Shown piece by piece: positions 40,528 through 52,075 of a stretch of DNA of 64,000 bases (within the stretch, counting starts at the first letter, position 1; every line of letters begins with the position of its first letter). This DNA comes from an uncultured Chloroflexia bacterium (GTDB lineage Bacteria > Chloroflexota > Limnocylindria > Limnocylindrales > CSP1-4): contig CAVQJC010000017.1 in the NCBI GenBank assembly GCA_963712745.1, positions 96,001 through 160,000 on the forward strand, written 5' to 3'. The notes under the pieces are model-generated. The model did no database searches, was not told the DNA's origin, and worked only from the letters and a program-made list of their open reading frames with translations. The position numbers and the translations under genes were made by a program.

Positions 40528-41503
40528 ATGACCGAGACTCGCTCCCTTCCGCCTGGACCCCGTCCTGGTCGAGCGCCCGTGGGGAGGGACCCGGCTGGCC
40601 GGGTACGGCAAGACGCTGCCGGCAGGCGCGCGCATCGGCGAGAGCTGGGAGCTGTGCGACCTGCCGCAGCACGTGGCCCCGCACGTGGACGACCCCAGCA
40701 GCACCGTGCTCGACGGGCCCTTTGCCGGGGCCAGGCTGCGCACGGTCGTGGCCGAGGCCCGCGAGGCGCTGATGGGCCCGGTGCCGCCGACCCCGGATGC
40801 CCGCTTCCCGCTGCTGTTCAAGCTCCTCGATGCCCGCGAGCACCTCTCGGTGCAGGTCCATCCCCATGAAGCGTACGTGGCCGCCCATCCGGAGGCCCGG
40901 CTGAAGACCGAGTCGTGGTACATCATCGATGCCGACCCCGGAGCCTCGCTGTACCTCGACGTGACGCTCGAGACGACCAGGGCCGAGGTCGAGGCCGTCA
41001 TGGGCACGCCCGACATCGTGCCCCTGCTTGGTGAGCGGCCGGCCGTTCCCGGCGCCTTCCACCACGTGCCTGCCGGGCTCATCCACGCGCTCGGCGCGGG
41101 GACGTTCGTGGCCGAGGTGCAGACCCCCAGCGACACGACCTTCCGCATCTACGACTGGGCGAAGGAGTATGGGCGAGCACCCCGCCAGCTCCATCCGGCC
41201 GAGTCGTTGGGCAGCATCGTGCTCCGACCGGACGCGGCCTTCTCGCTCGATGCGATGTCGTCGACCGGCGTGCGCGAGCTCGTCCGCAACGACCACTACT
41301 GGATGCGCGAGCATCGCGTGGAGGCGGGCACAGGCGACCTCGCGCCGACGCCGGGGCCGACTATCCTCAACGTCACCCGCGGCGCGATCGTGCTCGACGA
41401 CCTCGAGCTGTCCAGGGGCACCACCGCCATCGTGCCGGCCTCGTCGAATGTCTCGACCTTCGAAGGCAGCGGCGCGGTGGTCATGGAGATGGGATTGGTA
41501 TGA
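40528..41503 (+). CDS. manA: Type I mannose-6-phosphate isomerase (+1 frameshift near 40537)
   Basis: ERPWGG, IGESWE, LSVQVHP, KTESWY, HALGAG, EVQTPSDTTFR. Confidence 0.88.
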
Positions 41504-42810
41504 ACGACGAACCGACCACGACCGCCCTGCCCGATCACTCGGTCGTACCGGGCGTCTGGGCGCGCTTCACCGACATCGATGCCGACCACGGGCAGGGCTC
41601 ATGGCTCATCGCTCGCGATGGCACGCGCTACCTGGACTACACCAGCGGCATCGGTGTGACCAACACCGGCCATGCCCACCCGCGAGTCGTCGAGGCCATC
41701 CGCGAGCAGGCCGGCCAGCTCCTCCATGCCCAGCAGAACATCGTCTACCACGAGCCCGGGCTGCGGCTCCACGATCGTCTCGCCCGGATGCTGCCCGGGG
41801 GCCCGTGGCAGGCCTTCCTGGCCAACTCGGGTGCCGAGGCAGTGGAGGCGGCCGTGAAGCTGGCTCGAGTCAGTACCGGCCGCACGGCCGTCATCGCCTT
41901 CAGGTACGGCTTCCACGGCCGCACTGCCCAGGCCATGGCCTTGACGTCGGCCAAGCACAGCATCCGCTCGGCCAACGAGCCGGTCGCAGGCTCGGTCTAC
42001 TTCGCCGACTTCCCGTACTGCTATCGGTCGCCCGGCGGTGCCCACGATCGGGCCGAGTGCACCTGTGACTGGGAGGCGGGCCTGGAGCTGCTGTTCCACC
42101 AGCTGGTCGACCCTGACAGGGTGGCCGGAGTATTCGTGGAGCCGGTCATCGGAGAGGGTGGCTACATCGTGCCCCCACCGACGTTCCTGCCTCGCCTGCG
42201 CGAGATCACCCGGGAGCACGGCATGCTGCTCGTGGTCGACGAGGTGCAGACGGGCTTCGGGCGCACGGGCGAGATGTTCGCGCTCCAGCACACGCCCGTG
42301 GAGCCGGACATCATGATCGTGGCCAAGGGCATCGCCAGCGGCCTGCCGCTCTCAGGCATCGTGGCTCGCAGGGAGCTCATGGAGCGCTGGCCCCCGGGCA
42401 CGCACGGCGGCACATACGGCGGCAACGTCGTTTCCTGCGCGGCCGCGCTCGCGACCATCGAGGTCATCGAGCGGGAAGGCCTGGTGGCCAACGCCCGGGC
42501 CCGTGGTGCCCAGCTGCTCGAGGGCATCCGCGTGCTGCAGGGTCGCCACCCTGTCATCGGCGATGCCCGCGGGCTGGGCCTGATGGTGGCCCTGGAGATG
42601 GTGGTCCCCGGCGAGGGCGACGGACGCGTTCCGAACCCCGCCGCGCTGAAGGCCGTCCTCGCGGCTGCGCTCGAGCGCCGGCTGATGCTCTTGTCAGCCG
42701 GTCCCTACGGCAACGTCGTGCGGGTCATCCCGCCGCTGGTCACGACCGCCGACGAGGTCGATCTGGCACTGGGCGTCCTCGACGAAGCGCTCGCTGCGGC
42801 TGGGACCTGA
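41500..42810 (+). CDS. Class III aminotransferase (GabT-like)
   Basis: NSGAEAVE, FHGRT, DEVQTGFGRTG, AKGIASG. Confidence 0.9.
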   Translation: MNDEPTTTALPDHSVVPGVWARFTDIDADHGQGSWLIARDGTRYLDYTSGIGVTNTGHAHPRVVEAIREQAGQLLHAQQNIVYHEPGLRLHDRLARMLPGGPWQAFLANSGAEAVEAAVKLARVSTGRTAVIAFRYGFHGRTAQAMALTSAKHSIRSANEPVAGSVYFADFPYCYRSPGGAHDRAECTCDWEAGLELLFHQLVDPDRVAGVFVEPVIGEGGYIVPPPTFLPRLREITREHGMLLVVDEVQTGFGRTGEMFALQHTPVEPDIMIVAKGIASGLPLSGIVARRELMERWPPGTHGGTYGGNVVSCAAALATIEVIEREGLVANARARGAQLLEGIRVLQGRHPVIGDARGLGLMVALEMVVPGEGDGRVPNPAALKAVLAAALERRLMLLSAGPYGNVVRVIPPLVTTADEVDLALGVLDEALAAAGT

Positions 42811-42817
42811 ACGTTGC

Positions 42818-43736
42818 TCAGTCGGGCTTGCCGTCCTCGTTCCGGTCGTTGGTCAGCGTCAGCGGCCCCAGACCACGCATGATCTCGCCGGCTGCGAAGC
42901 CCTCCCGGTAGGCCGGCATCGGCGGCGGCGGCGCGTCGCGGAGCTGCTGCCACATCCGGATCATCCCGTACGTCCCGTGCTGCCGGACCGCCTCGACGTG
43001 GTCCAGGTCGAGCACCTGGTTGAGGTACTCCTCTCCGCTGCCGCCGCTGGTCAGTACGTGGCCCTCGGGGTCGACCACGGTCGACCTGCCCGTGCCCATC
43101 AGCCCGCCGTAATTGGGGCTGACCACGTAGACCTGGTTGGCGATGGCATTGGCGCGTGTGAGCACGAGCTCCAGCTCGCGGTCGTTGGTGCGCGTATAGG
43201 TCGGCTGCAGGATGACCTCGGCACCCATCCAGGCGAGGTTGCGGGTCGATCTCCGGGACCCACGCGTCGAAGCAGATGATGACCCCGAAGCGACCGACGC
43301 CAGGGATATCGAAGACGGTCAACGAGTCGCCCGGCTTCGTCGTCTCGTAGGGCATCCAGGGCATGATCTTGCGGTAGGTCGCTACCAGCTCGCCCGCAGG
43401 GTCGAACACCAGCGCGGTGTTGTAGATGTCGCCACCGGCCCTCTCGTAGATCGAGCCCGGCACGATCCACTTGCCCACCGACCGGGCCAACTCGGAGATG
43501 CGCTGGGTGAGCGTCCCACCCACGGGCTCCGCCACCGACTCCACGTAGCCGTTGGGGTAGCCGTCACTCCAGCTGCCGAGAGCGGTGAGGTAGACCTCCG
43601 GGAAGACGTAGAGATCTAGGTTGGGAAAGACGGCCGCGAGCGTGCGCACGTGGTTCTCGAAGGACCGGAACGTCGCTTCCTGGTCGTAGGGAACGGGGGC
43701 GACCTGGGCCGCCACGATGCCGATGTGTCGGCTCAT
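42818..43736 (-). CDS. Carbon-nitrogen hydrolase (nitrilase superfamily; frameshift near 43247)
   Basis: FPE, YRK, ICFD triad; continues as TRNLAWMGAEVIL..ANAIANQ in another frame. Confidence 0.88.
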
Positions 43737-44749
43737 GCGTGGACCTCCTGCTCATAGCGCTCTGCGGTCTGGTCGGCGAAGTGGCAGGCGGCTGCTCGGC
43801 CGCCGGGGGTCTCATCGGTCAGGGGGATCTCGGCCTCGCACGCCTGGGGCTGGCCCAGCCGCTCGCGCAGCCAGCACCGTGGATGGAAGGCGCAGCCCGG
43901 GGGCGGGGCGGTGGCGCTGGGGATCTCGCCGGAGAGGAGCAGCCGCGGAGGACCGTCAGCGTCGACGTCGGGGCGAGCCAGGATGAGCGCACGCGTGTAG
44001 GGGTGTCGGGCAGCCTCGAAGATCTGCTGCGCCGGTCCCTGCTCGACGATTCGCCCCAGGTACATCACGGCCACGCGTTCACAGAGGTAGCGGATCACAC
44101 CCAGGTCGTGGGAGATGAGCAGGTAGGCGAGATCGTGCTGCTCGCGCAGGCGCACCAACAGCTCCAGCACCTGCGCCTGCACCGACACGTCCAGGGCCGA
44201 AGTCGGTTCATCGAGGATGAGCAGGCGTGGCTCCAGGGAGATGGCGCGCGCGATGGCCACGCGCTGGCACTGTCCGCCCGAGAGCTCGTGTGGGCGCCGG
44301 TCGCGCAGGCCAAGCAGGAGACCGACCTCGTCGATGAGGCGTTCGACGGTGGTACGAAGCTCCCCGCGAGAAAGGCGGCGGTGCGCCCGCAGCGGCTCGG
44401 CGATGAGGTCGAACACGCTCATGCGCGGGTCCAGGGAGCCCACCGGGTCCTGGAAGACCACCTGCATCTGTGGCCGCATCTGGCGCAGGCTGCCACCGCG
44501 CAGGTGAGTGATATCTCGCCCGTCCAGCCGGATCGTCCCGGCGGTCGGCTCCAGCAGGCGCAGGATGCATCGTGCCAGCGTGGTCTTGCCCGAGCCGGAC
44601 TCTCCGACCAGGCCGACCGCCTCACCCGGCGCGATCTGCAGGTCCACGTCGGTCACGGCCTTGACCAGGCCCGCGCCTCGGTGGCCCTTGACCTCGAACT
44701 CCTTGACCAGCCCGTGCACCTGCACCAGCGGCGTCGTGGTGTCGCTCAT
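43733..44749 (-). CDS. Peptide ABC ATP-binding protein (DppF/OppF)
   Basis: [28 protein letters not shown]. Confidence 0.93.
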   Translation of the reverse strand: MSDTTTPLVQVHGLVKEFEVKGHRGAGLVKAVTDVDLQIAPGEAVGLVGESGSGKTTLARCILRLLEPTAGTIRLDGRDITHLRGGSLRQMRPQMQVVFQDPVGSLDPRMSVFDLIAEPLRAHRRLSRGELRTTVERLIDEVGLLLGLRDRRPHELSGGQCQRVAIARAISLEPRLLILDEPTSALDVSVQAQVLELLVRLREQHDLAYLLISHDLGVIRYLCERVAVMYLGRIVEQGPAQQIFEAARHPYTRALILARPDVDADGPPRLLLSGEIPSATAPPPGCAFHPRCWLRERLGQPQACEAEIPLTDETPGGRAAACHFADQTAERYEQEVHA

Positions 44750-45774
44750 GCGTCCACTCCGGCCTCGCCGGAGGCGACGTGGCAGGCGACCTGCTGTCCC
44801 GACGTCAGCACCTGCAGCTCCGGTCGCTCGGTAGCACAGCGTTCGATGGCCAGCTCGCAGCGGTCGCGGAAGGCGCAGCCCACGATCGCTCCCGGGTCGG
44901 GCGGGACCGAGCCGGGGATGGTGGCCAGCGTGCCCGCCGCTCGGTGGGTGCGTGGGACGGCGGCGATGAGGCCGCGGGTGTACGGATGCTGAGGGGCCCT
45001 GAACAGGGCTGCGGTCTCGGCCGTCTCGACCACCCGCCCGGCGTAGAGCACGGCTACCCGGCTGCAGACGCGGCGGACCACGCCGAGGTCATGGGTGATG
45101 AACAGGACGCTGAAGCCCATCTCCTGTTGGAGACCCAGGATGAGCTCCAGGATCTGGGCCGCGATGGTCACGTCCAGGGCCGTGGTGGGCTCATCGGCGA
45201 TGAGCAGCTCCGGTCGCGAGAGGAGGGCCATGGCCAACATCGCCCGCTGTAGCATGCCGCCCGAGAGCTGGTGCGGGTACGCTCCCGTCACGCGGCTCGG
45301 ATCGGGTAGTGCGCACGAGTACAAGACCTCGTGGATGCGCTCATTCGCGGCCTCTCCCTTGAGACCCTCGTGCGTGGCCAGCACGCTGCGCATCTGCGAC
45401 CCGATGGTGAACACCGGGTTGAAGCTGCTCGATGGGTTCTGGAAGACCATCGCCACGCGCGTGCCGCGGATGCGCTGGAAGTCACGCTCCGAGTAGGTCA
45501 AGAGGTCGTCGCCGAGCAATCGCATCTCGTCCGCCTCGACGCGGGCGCTGTCCGGCAGCAGACCCAGTAGAGAGAGGCCCGTCACCGTCTTGCCACAGCC
45601 GGTCTCTCCGACGATGCCCAGCACCTCACCCCGCTGGAGCTCGAGGTCCATGCCCGCGACTGCCGTGGTCTGGCGACCGGGCGTCTTGAAGGCGATGCGG
45701 AGTCCGCGCATCTGCAGGACCGGCTCCTCCCTGGCGCCCGCCTCCGGCAGTCGGTCTGGCTGTTGCCCGGTCAT
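44746..45774 (-). CDS. Peptide ABC ATP-binding protein (DppD/OppD)
   Basis: [26 protein letters not shown]. Confidence 0.93.
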   Translation of the reverse strand: MTGQQPDRLPEAGAREEPVLQMRGLRIAFKTPGRQTTAVAGMDLELQRGEVLGIVGETGCGKTVTGLSLLGLLPDSARVEADEMRLLGDDLLTYSERDFQRIRGTRVAMVFQNPSSSFNPVFTIGSQMRSVLATHEGLKGEAANERIHEVLYSCALPDPSRVTGAYPHQLSGGMLQRAMLAMALLSRPELLIADEPTTALDVTIAAQILELILGLQQEMGFSVLFITHDLGVVRRVCSRVAVLYAGRVVETAETAALFRAPQHPYTRGLIAAVPRTHRAAGTLATIPGSVPPDPGAIVGCAFRDRCELAIERCATERPELQVLTSGQQVACHVASGEAGVDA

Positions 45775-46663
45775 GGATCCTGCCTTGGGTCGAGCAGGCG
45801 CAGGAGCAGGTCACCCACGAGATTGAAAGCCAGCACCGCGACGAAGATGGCCAGCCCTGGGAAGGTGGCGATCCACCACTGCTCGAGGATGTACTGCATG
45901 CCCTCGAACACCATCAGGCCCCAATCGGGTGCGGGCGGCCGAGCGCCCAGCCCCAGGAAGGCCAGGATCCAGCGGCCAGGATGACCGTGCCGATGTCGAT
46001 CGTTGCCTGTACCACGATGGGTCCGGCCGAGTTGGGGATGACGTGACGGAGCACGATGGCACGGTCACGGATGCCCATCGAGCGGGCGGCGTCGATGAAT
46101 GGCCACTCCCGCAGCGAGACCGCCAGCCCACGAGCGATGCGGGCGTACCACGGCCACCACGAGATGACCAGGGCGAACGTCGCGTGCTGCAGGCCTGGTC
46201 CCAGGGCAGCCACGATGGCCATCGCCAGCAGCAGCGGCGGGAAAGCCAGGAACAGGTCGGTGATGCGCATGATCAGGCCATCCACTCGACCGCCCCAGTA
46301 GCCTGCGAAGGCCCCCAGCGGGACTCCCAGCAGCACCGCCAGCGCTACTACGGTGAGGGAGACCTGGAGGGCGATGCGGGCGCCGAGGATGACGCGACTG
46401 AAGACATCACGGCCAAGCCAGTCCGTTCCAAAGAGGTGCGCCTGGCTCGGTGCCTGCAGACGCGCTTCGACGTTGATGGTGCCCGAACCCGGCCCTGGAT
46501 CGGGTGCCAGCCACGGCCCGAAGATGGCCGCGATCACGAGCAGGGTGATCACGATCAGCCCGAACATGGCCAAGGGATCATGGAGGATGGCCCGCCCCGC
46601 ACGTCGCCAGAAGCCCGGCCGCTCTGCCACCACCGTGGGCAGCTGCGTGTACGTCGCGGCCAT
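45771..46663 (-). CDS. Peptide ABC permease (DppC; frameshift near 45966)
   Basis: FGTDWLGRD, RHVIPN; C-terminus LAFLGLG..PDWG..WWIATFPG..NLVGD in another frame. Confidence 0.9.
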
Positions 46664-47679
46664 CAGGTCAGCCGGATGCGTGGGTCGACCCAGGCCTGGG
46701 CCAGGTCGACGGCGAGATTGATGAACACGTATGCCGCTGCGCCGAGCAGGGCGATGCCCATGATGGCCGGGTAGTCGGTAGCGAGGATGGCTTTGACCGA
46801 GAACGTGCCCAGGCCCGGCCAGTTGAAGATGTACTCGACGAAGAAGGTGCCTGTGATCAGGTAGGCCAGGGTCAGGCCGATGATGGTCAACACGGGTCCG
46901 AGTGCGTTGCGCAGCGCCAGCCGGCTCACGATGTAGCGCTCCCGCAGGCCGAAGGCCCGGGCCGTGCGGATGTAGTCACGACCCAGCGACTCCAGCATCG
47001 CTGAGCGCGTCATGCGCGAGATGAGCCCGATGGGATACGCCGCCAGCGTCAGAGCAGGCAGGATGATGTGCCAGGTCACGTCGACGAGTGCGACCCAGTT
47101 GCCGGTGATCAGCGAGTCCAGGAAGAAGACGCCGGTGACCTCCGCGATGGGGCTGGTGAAGCGCAGGTCGGAGTCCACGCGGCCAGCCAGCGGTAGCAGG
47201 TCGAGCGATCGGAAGAACAGCATCTGCAGCAGGAGGCCCAGGAAGAAGGCCGGCACCGAGACGCCGATGATCGAGACGAAGCGAACCCCCACATCGACGG
47301 GGCGACCCTGCCAGCGCGCGGAGAGCATGCCCAGAGCCAGTCCCAGCGGCAGCGCGATGAGCATGGCCGCGAGGATCAGTTCCAGCGATGCCGGAAGGCG
47401 CAGCAGGATCTCGTCGAGGACCGGACGCTTGGTGGCGATGGACGTGCCCCAATCGCCTTGCAGCAGGTCGCGCAGGTAGACCAGGTACTGGGTGACGACG
47501 TCCTTGTCGAGCCCCAGCTGGATACGCACGGCCTCGATCGATTCCGGGCGGGCGCGGGGCCCGATGTACATGGCTGCGACATCGGCCGGGATGAAGCGCG
47601 CCAGGGCGAAGGTGATGACCGAGACACCTGCGAGCACGAAGACGGAGGACCCGAGGCGACGCAGCAGGAAACGGATCAC
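46663..47679 (-). CDS. Peptide ABC permease (DppB)
   Basis: GDWGTS, ILPALTL, DYIRTARAFG, FNWPGLG. Confidence 0.93.
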   Translation of the reverse strand: MIRFLLRRLGSSVFVLAGVSVITFALARFIPADVAAMYIGPRARPESIEAVRIQLGLDKDVVTQYLVYLRDLLQGDWGTSIATKRPVLDEILLRLPASLELILAAMLIALPLGLALGMLSARWQGRPVDVGVRFVSIIGVSVPAFFLGLLLQMLFFRSLDLLPLAGRVDSDLRFTSPIAEVTGVFFLDSLITGNWVALVDVTWHIILPALTLAAYPIGLISRMTRSAMLESLGRDYIRTARAFGLRERYIVSRLALRNALGPVLTIIGLTLAYLITGTFFVEYIFNWPGLGTFSVKAILATDYPAIMGIALLGAAAYVFINLAVDLAQAWVDPRIRLT

Positions 47680-47764
47680 GGTCGGTGCGTCCCTGAGAAG
47701 TGATGCACAGAGATAGGCGCGTGAGTGCCTCCTTCAGCACTCACGCGCCCGATCGCGCTGGGGC

Positions 47765-49381
47765 CTACTCGGCCGGATGCATGGGGTAGAAGAACTGCGA
47801 GAAGGGATAGTTCAGGTTGTACTCGTAGCCGGCGATGTAGTTGGGGACCGGGACCGTCGACATCCTGTCGAAGAAGAAGATGCCCGGCGACTCCTCGACC
47901 AGCAGGTTCATCGCCTCGGTGTACTTGGCCTGGGCTGCATCGCGGTCAGTGCCGGTCAGCCCGATGGCCTCGTTGATGAGCGTGTCGAACTCGTCATTGA
48001 CCCAGTAGCTGAGGTTGAAGTAGGGAGCCTCGCTGGACTTGAACAGCGAGGCCAGGTTGTCCGAACCGGCGTCGGAATAGGTCGGCCAGTAGAGCACCAC
48101 GAACATGTCCTGGCGGCCCTCCGGCTCACCCTTGGCACGGTCCCATTGCTGGCCCCACGGCATGGGGGTCAGTTCGACGTTGCCACCGATCTCGCTGTAG
48201 GCCGCCTGCAGAAGAGGTGCGAAAGCCTGCTCGTGCGTGTTCTCGGCCGTGTAGGCGATCTCCATGTCGAAGCTGTCGACGCCGGCCTCGGCCATCAGCT
48301 CCTTGGCCTTCTCGATGTTGGTCTCGTACATTGCCACGCTCTCGTCGTAGGGGAACACGCCGATGGGCACGGCCGCCCGAGACTGGTTGCCGTTACCCTG
48401 GACGGCGACCTCGATGATGTCGTCGTACGGGGTCGCATAGGCGATGGCCTGACGCACCCGCGGGTCGTCGAATGGCGGACGCTGCGTGTTCAGCAGCCCG
48501 ACATAGTTGAGCAGTGACGCATCACGCATGACCGTGAAGTCCGGGTTGGAGTCGTACTCGTTCATGGACTCTTCGGGCACGCGCAGGGCCAGGTCGACCT
48601 GGCCGCCATCGAGCGCCTGCTGTTGCACTGCGGCATCGCCGATGATGCTCAGCACGACCTTCTCGAAGTGGTCGACATCCTCCCAGCCGCCTCGATAGTC
48701 GGGGAACTGCGTGAGTACGACCTCTGCGTCAGGCGTGTACGCCTCGAGCATGTAGGGCCCAGTGCCATAGCTGGCGCCGGCGCTCTCGAAGAACTCCGGG
48801 TCCGCCGCGGCGGCTTCGAGTGCCTTGGGGCTGACCATCCAGGCCGCGTATGTCGAGGCCGCGACCAGGTCCAGGGCGGCCGGCGCAGTCAGGTTGACAA
48901 CGAGCGTTTGCTCATCGGGCGTCTCGATCGATTCGATGCCTGGCCAGATCCACCAGGCGCCGGCCCGGCCACCCTCGGAGGTCGGCAGGCTGGCTGCCTC
49001 GATAGCGGCCTTGGCAGCCTCGGCGTTGAAGGGCTCGCCATCGTGGAAGGTGACGCCTTCCTGGAGCTGGAAGGTCCAGGTGAGCCCGTCGTCGCTGACC
49101 GACCAGTCCTCGGCCAGCCCGGGAGCGAATGCTTCCTCGGAGCCTGCAGGCGTCGCGTACAACAGCGGTTCGTACATGTTGGCCATGTACAGCGCCTCGG
49201 TGGAGAAGGAGGCGACCGGATCCCACGTGGTGATCGTCGCGGTCGTCGCTACGTTGAGGATGTCCAGGTCTTCGTCCTGGGCGCTGACAGCGCTGGTAGA
49301 GCCGACGACAGCCAGGCTCAACGCGGCTGTCACGGCCAGCGCGCCAGTGACGCGACGGTGTTGGGGAGTGGTTCCTAGCAT
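47765..49381 (-). CDS. Peptide/nickel-type ABC substrate-binding protein (family 5)
   Basis: LAEDWSVSDDGLTWTF..FHDG, GTGPY, VRQAI. Confidence 0.92.
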   Translation of the reverse strand: MLGTTPQHRRVTGALAVTAALSLAVVGSTSAVSAQDEDLDILNVATTATITTWDPVASFSTEALYMANMYEPLLYATPAGSEEAFAPGLAEDWSVSDDGLTWTFQLQEGVTFHDGEPFNAEAAKAAIEAASLPTSEGGRAGAWWIWPGIESIETPDEQTLVVNLTAPAALDLVAASTYAAWMVSPKALEAAAADPEFFESAGASYGTGPYMLEAYTPDAEVVLTQFPDYRGGWEDVDHFEKVVLSIIGDAAVQQQALDGGQVDLALRVPEESMNEYDSNPDFTVMRDASLLNYVGLLNTQRPPFDDPRVRQAIAYATPYDDIIEVAVQGNGNQSRAAVPIGVFPYDESVAMYETNIEKAKELMAEAGVDSFDMEIAYTAENTHEQAFAPLLQAAYSEIGGNVELTPMPWGQQWDRAKGEPEGRQDMFVVLYWPTYSDAGSDNLASLFKSSEAPYFNLSYWVNDEFDTLINEAIGLTGTDRDAAQAKYTEAMNLLVEESPGIFFFDRMSTVPVPNYIAGYEYNLNYPFSQFFYPMHPAE

Positions 49382-49466
49382 GGGTCCTCCTCGAGTGGAC
49401 ATGGGTGGGTCCCGACCGGCGGGTATCCCTCCGCTCCGATCGGCACAGTGTTGCGGGCCTTCACCA

Positions 49467-49515
49467 TTCCGTCTAATACTTGGAACGGTCAGTAATCATA
49501 CCTAGGAGGCATGAT
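49467..49515. promoter_or_regulatory. Candidate LysR-binding inverted repeats
   Basis: TTCC-N11-GGAA and ATCAT-N11-ATGAT between the divergent SBP and lysR genes. Confidence 0.4.
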
Positions 49516-50416
49516 GGAGCTACGGCACCTGCGGTACTTCGTGGCGGTCGCCGACGCCGGCTCCATCACGCGCGCCGCCACGGTGGTACGGGTCGCCCAG
49601 CCCTCGCTGTCGAGGCAACTCCGCCAGCTGGAGCAGGAGGTGGGTGAACCGCTCTTCGATCGCAGTGGCCGCCGCGCACGGCTGACCGCGGCCGGCGAGG
49701 TGTTCCTCCCGCTTGCGCGCGACCTGGTCGGCCGCGCCGACCGCGCGGTGGCGCTGATGCATGGCCTCGCCGCCTCGGCCCGAGTGGCACTGCGGATAGC
49801 CGCGCCCGAGACCACGGTGGCCGACGTCATCGCCCCGTTCCTGGCCACCCTGCCGCCCGAGGCCCCCATGATCGACGTTCGCGAGGCGCTGCCGGCGAGC
49901 GTCCACGCCGAGGTCCTGGCCGGCACCGCCGACGTGGGCGTGTCCTCGGTACCCCCGCCGCGCGAGCTGACCAGCCGGCTGCTGGTGCACTTCCCCATCT
50001 GGGCCTACGTGCCGCCCGACCACCGCTGGTCCCGCCGGCGCAGCATCACCATCCGCGAGCTGGCCCGTGAGCGCCTGCTGGTGCTCGGACCCGACCATGG
50101 CTCACGGCGCCAGTTGGAGGCGGCCATGTCCGATGCCGGCGTCTCCTATCAGCTCGCGGCGGAGACCAACGTGCCCGGTGTCGCCCAGGCGCTGGCGGCG
50201 GCCGGCCGGGGCGTGGCGGTCGTCTCCGACGACGCTCGCTACGGACTCCGTGGCGTGCGCATCCGTCCCTCGGGCGGGCCCATCGAGCTGCGGGTGCCAC
50301 TGTTCGGAGCGTGGGAGGCCAGCCACTATGCCTCGGACGTGATCGCCGAGCTGGTAGACGGTTTCGCTGACTACGTGCAGGGCCGCTACGCCGGCAGGGG
50401 TGCAGCTGCGCCCTGA
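49511..50416 (+). CDS. LysR-family regulator
   Basis: MELRHLRYFVAVA..SITRAA..AQPSLSRQLRQLE. Confidence 0.95.
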   Translation: MMELRHLRYFVAVADAGSITRAATVVRVAQPSLSRQLRQLEQEVGEPLFDRSGRRARLTAAGEVFLPLARDLVGRADRAVALMHGLAASARVALRIAAPETTVADVIAPFLATLPPEAPMIDVREALPASVHAEVLAGTADVGVSSVPPPRELTSRLLVHFPIWAYVPPDHRWSRRRSITIRELARERLLVLGPDHGSRRQLEAAMSDAGVSYQLAAETNVPGVAQALAAAGRGVAVVSDDARYGLRGVRIRPSGGPIELRVPLFGAWEASHYASDVIAELVDGFADYVQGRYAGRGAAAP

Positions 50417-51538
50417 TCAGTCGACCTCGGCAGTGCCCTCGCTGACCAGGCCCTCGATCTCCGCGGCATCCATCTCGCCGGCCTCGAACGCGTCCACGCG
50501 CTCACGTACGCGCATGACCATGGCCACTGCCGGAGCGGAGAGCGTGGCCCCGAGGATGCCGAAGAGCACCGAGCCCACGATGGTCGAGCCGAAGCCGACG
50601 ATCGGGTGCAGGTCCAAGGCGTTGCGCTCGAGTTGCCGCTGGACGATGGGCTGGACCACGTTCTGGGCCACGAGGATGACCACCAGCATGATCAGCGCGG
50701 GCACGATGCCGCCCGAGCCGAAGGCGATGAGCAGGGCGAAGACCGACGAGATCAGCGCCCCCAGGTAGGGCACGTAGGACGTCACGAAGGTGACGAGCGC
50801 GATGGTGAACCCCAGGGGCACGCCCATGATCACCGCGGCCAGCCAGACCATCACCACCACCGGCAGGCTGGAGATGGTGAGTACGTAGAAGTAATCGCGG
50901 AACGAGCGCGTGGCATCCAGCACGATGCCGGCACCAAGGTCAGCCGGGACACCCAGGTGCGAGCCGACCCAGCCGGCGAGCGTGTCCCACTCGGCCAGGA
51001 CGAAGTAGAGGATGAAGAGGGCGATGAAGGTGCTGACCAGGAAGCTGCTGATGCCCGAGAACGCGCTGGGCACATAGGAGAGCAGGCCCGGAAGCGCATC
51101 GTCGAGGAAGCTCGATAGCTGGTCGCGCACGTCGTCGATGGCGGCGATGGTGACGCCCTGGTCGCCGAGCCAGTCGCGGCCGAGGTCGATGGCGGCCTGT
51201 GTCTGGTTCACGATCTCGGGCCCCTGGTCGATGACGCCGATGGCCACGACCCCGACGATCACGATGGCCAGCACGAAGATGCCGACCAGTACCAGCAGTG
51301 AGGCCAGCTGGCGAGGCATCACCCGGGCCAGCAACGAGGCTACGGGCTGGAAGACCATGCCCAGGACCACGGCCACGATGAGCGGGATGATGAAGCTGCT
51401 GAACGTCGAGAAGCCCATGTACAGCAGCACTGTCAGCGCCAGGATGCCCACGATCGACCAGGCGCGGATGCCGGCCGCCCGCAGCTGCCGGTCACGTCGG
51501 GGGTCGAAGAGGATGGAGCCGCGGTGGCGCTGGCTCAT
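50417..51538 (-). CDS. AI-2E family transporter
   Basis: YVPYLGA, LHP..G..FGILGA. Confidence 0.88.
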   Translation of the reverse strand: MSQRHRGSILFDPRRDRQLRAAGIRAWSIVGILALTVLLYMGFSTFSSFIIPLIVAVVLGMVFQPVASLLARVMPRQLASLLVLVGIFVLAIVIVGVVAIGVIDQGPEIVNQTQAAIDLGRDWLGDQGVTIAAIDDVRDQLSSFLDDALPGLLSYVPSAFSGISSFLVSTFIALFILYFVLAEWDTLAGWVGSHLGVPADLGAGIVLDATRSFRDYFYVLTISSLPVVVMVWLAAVIMGVPLGFTIALVTFVTSYVPYLGALISSVFALLIAFGSGGIVPALIMLVVILVAQNVVQPIVQRQLERNALDLHPIVGFGSTIVGSVLFGILGATLSAPAVAMVMRVRERVDAFEAGEMDAAEIEGLVSEGTAEVD

Positions 51539-52002
51539 CAGGACTCCTCCGGCTGGGGGGACGCGGCCATCGTGACCGATGAAGGAGCCGCCTGCGCGAC
51601 CGGGATGCGGTAGAGGAACACCCCGAGGATGATCGCGATGGCCACCAGCGCTGCACGCAGTGCCAGTGCGTCCACGACGATGATCGAGATCGCGAAGGTG
51701 GCGGCCACCACCAGGATCGCGCGCGTCTTCACGCCCGGCGGCAGGGACCGCGAGCGCCGCCACTCGGCGACGATCGGACCCAGGGCGGGCTGTCCCAGCA
51801 GCCACGCGTACAGGCGCGCCGAGGCACGGGCATAGCAGGCGGCGGTCACCAGCAGGAACGGAGTGGTGGGCAGGACGGGCAGGAAGATGCCCATGACCCC
51901 GAGCGCGAGGGCGACCGTGCCCACCACTATCAGCACCGCCCGCAGCAGCGGCGAGGTGGCGGCTGGCATCGGAACGGCCGTAGGCGGGTCAGGCTGGGTC
52001 AT
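51538..52002 (-). CDS. ybaN: YbaN (DUF454) membrane protein
   Basis: GIFLPVLPTTPFLL..CYARAS. Confidence 0.88.
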   Translation of the reverse strand: MTQPDPPTAVPMPAATSPLLRAVLIVVGTVALALGVMGIFLPVLPTTPFLLVTAACYARASARLYAWLLGQPALGPIVAEWRRSRSLPPGVKTRAILVVAATFAISIIVVDALALRAALVAIAIILGVFLYRIPVAQAAPSSVTMAASPQPEES

Positions 52003-52075
52003 CGGTCCAATGATGCCCGCCAACCGCCCTGTGTGCCATCCTGTCCAGCCGGAGCGTGCCGCGTCATCGACCTGG

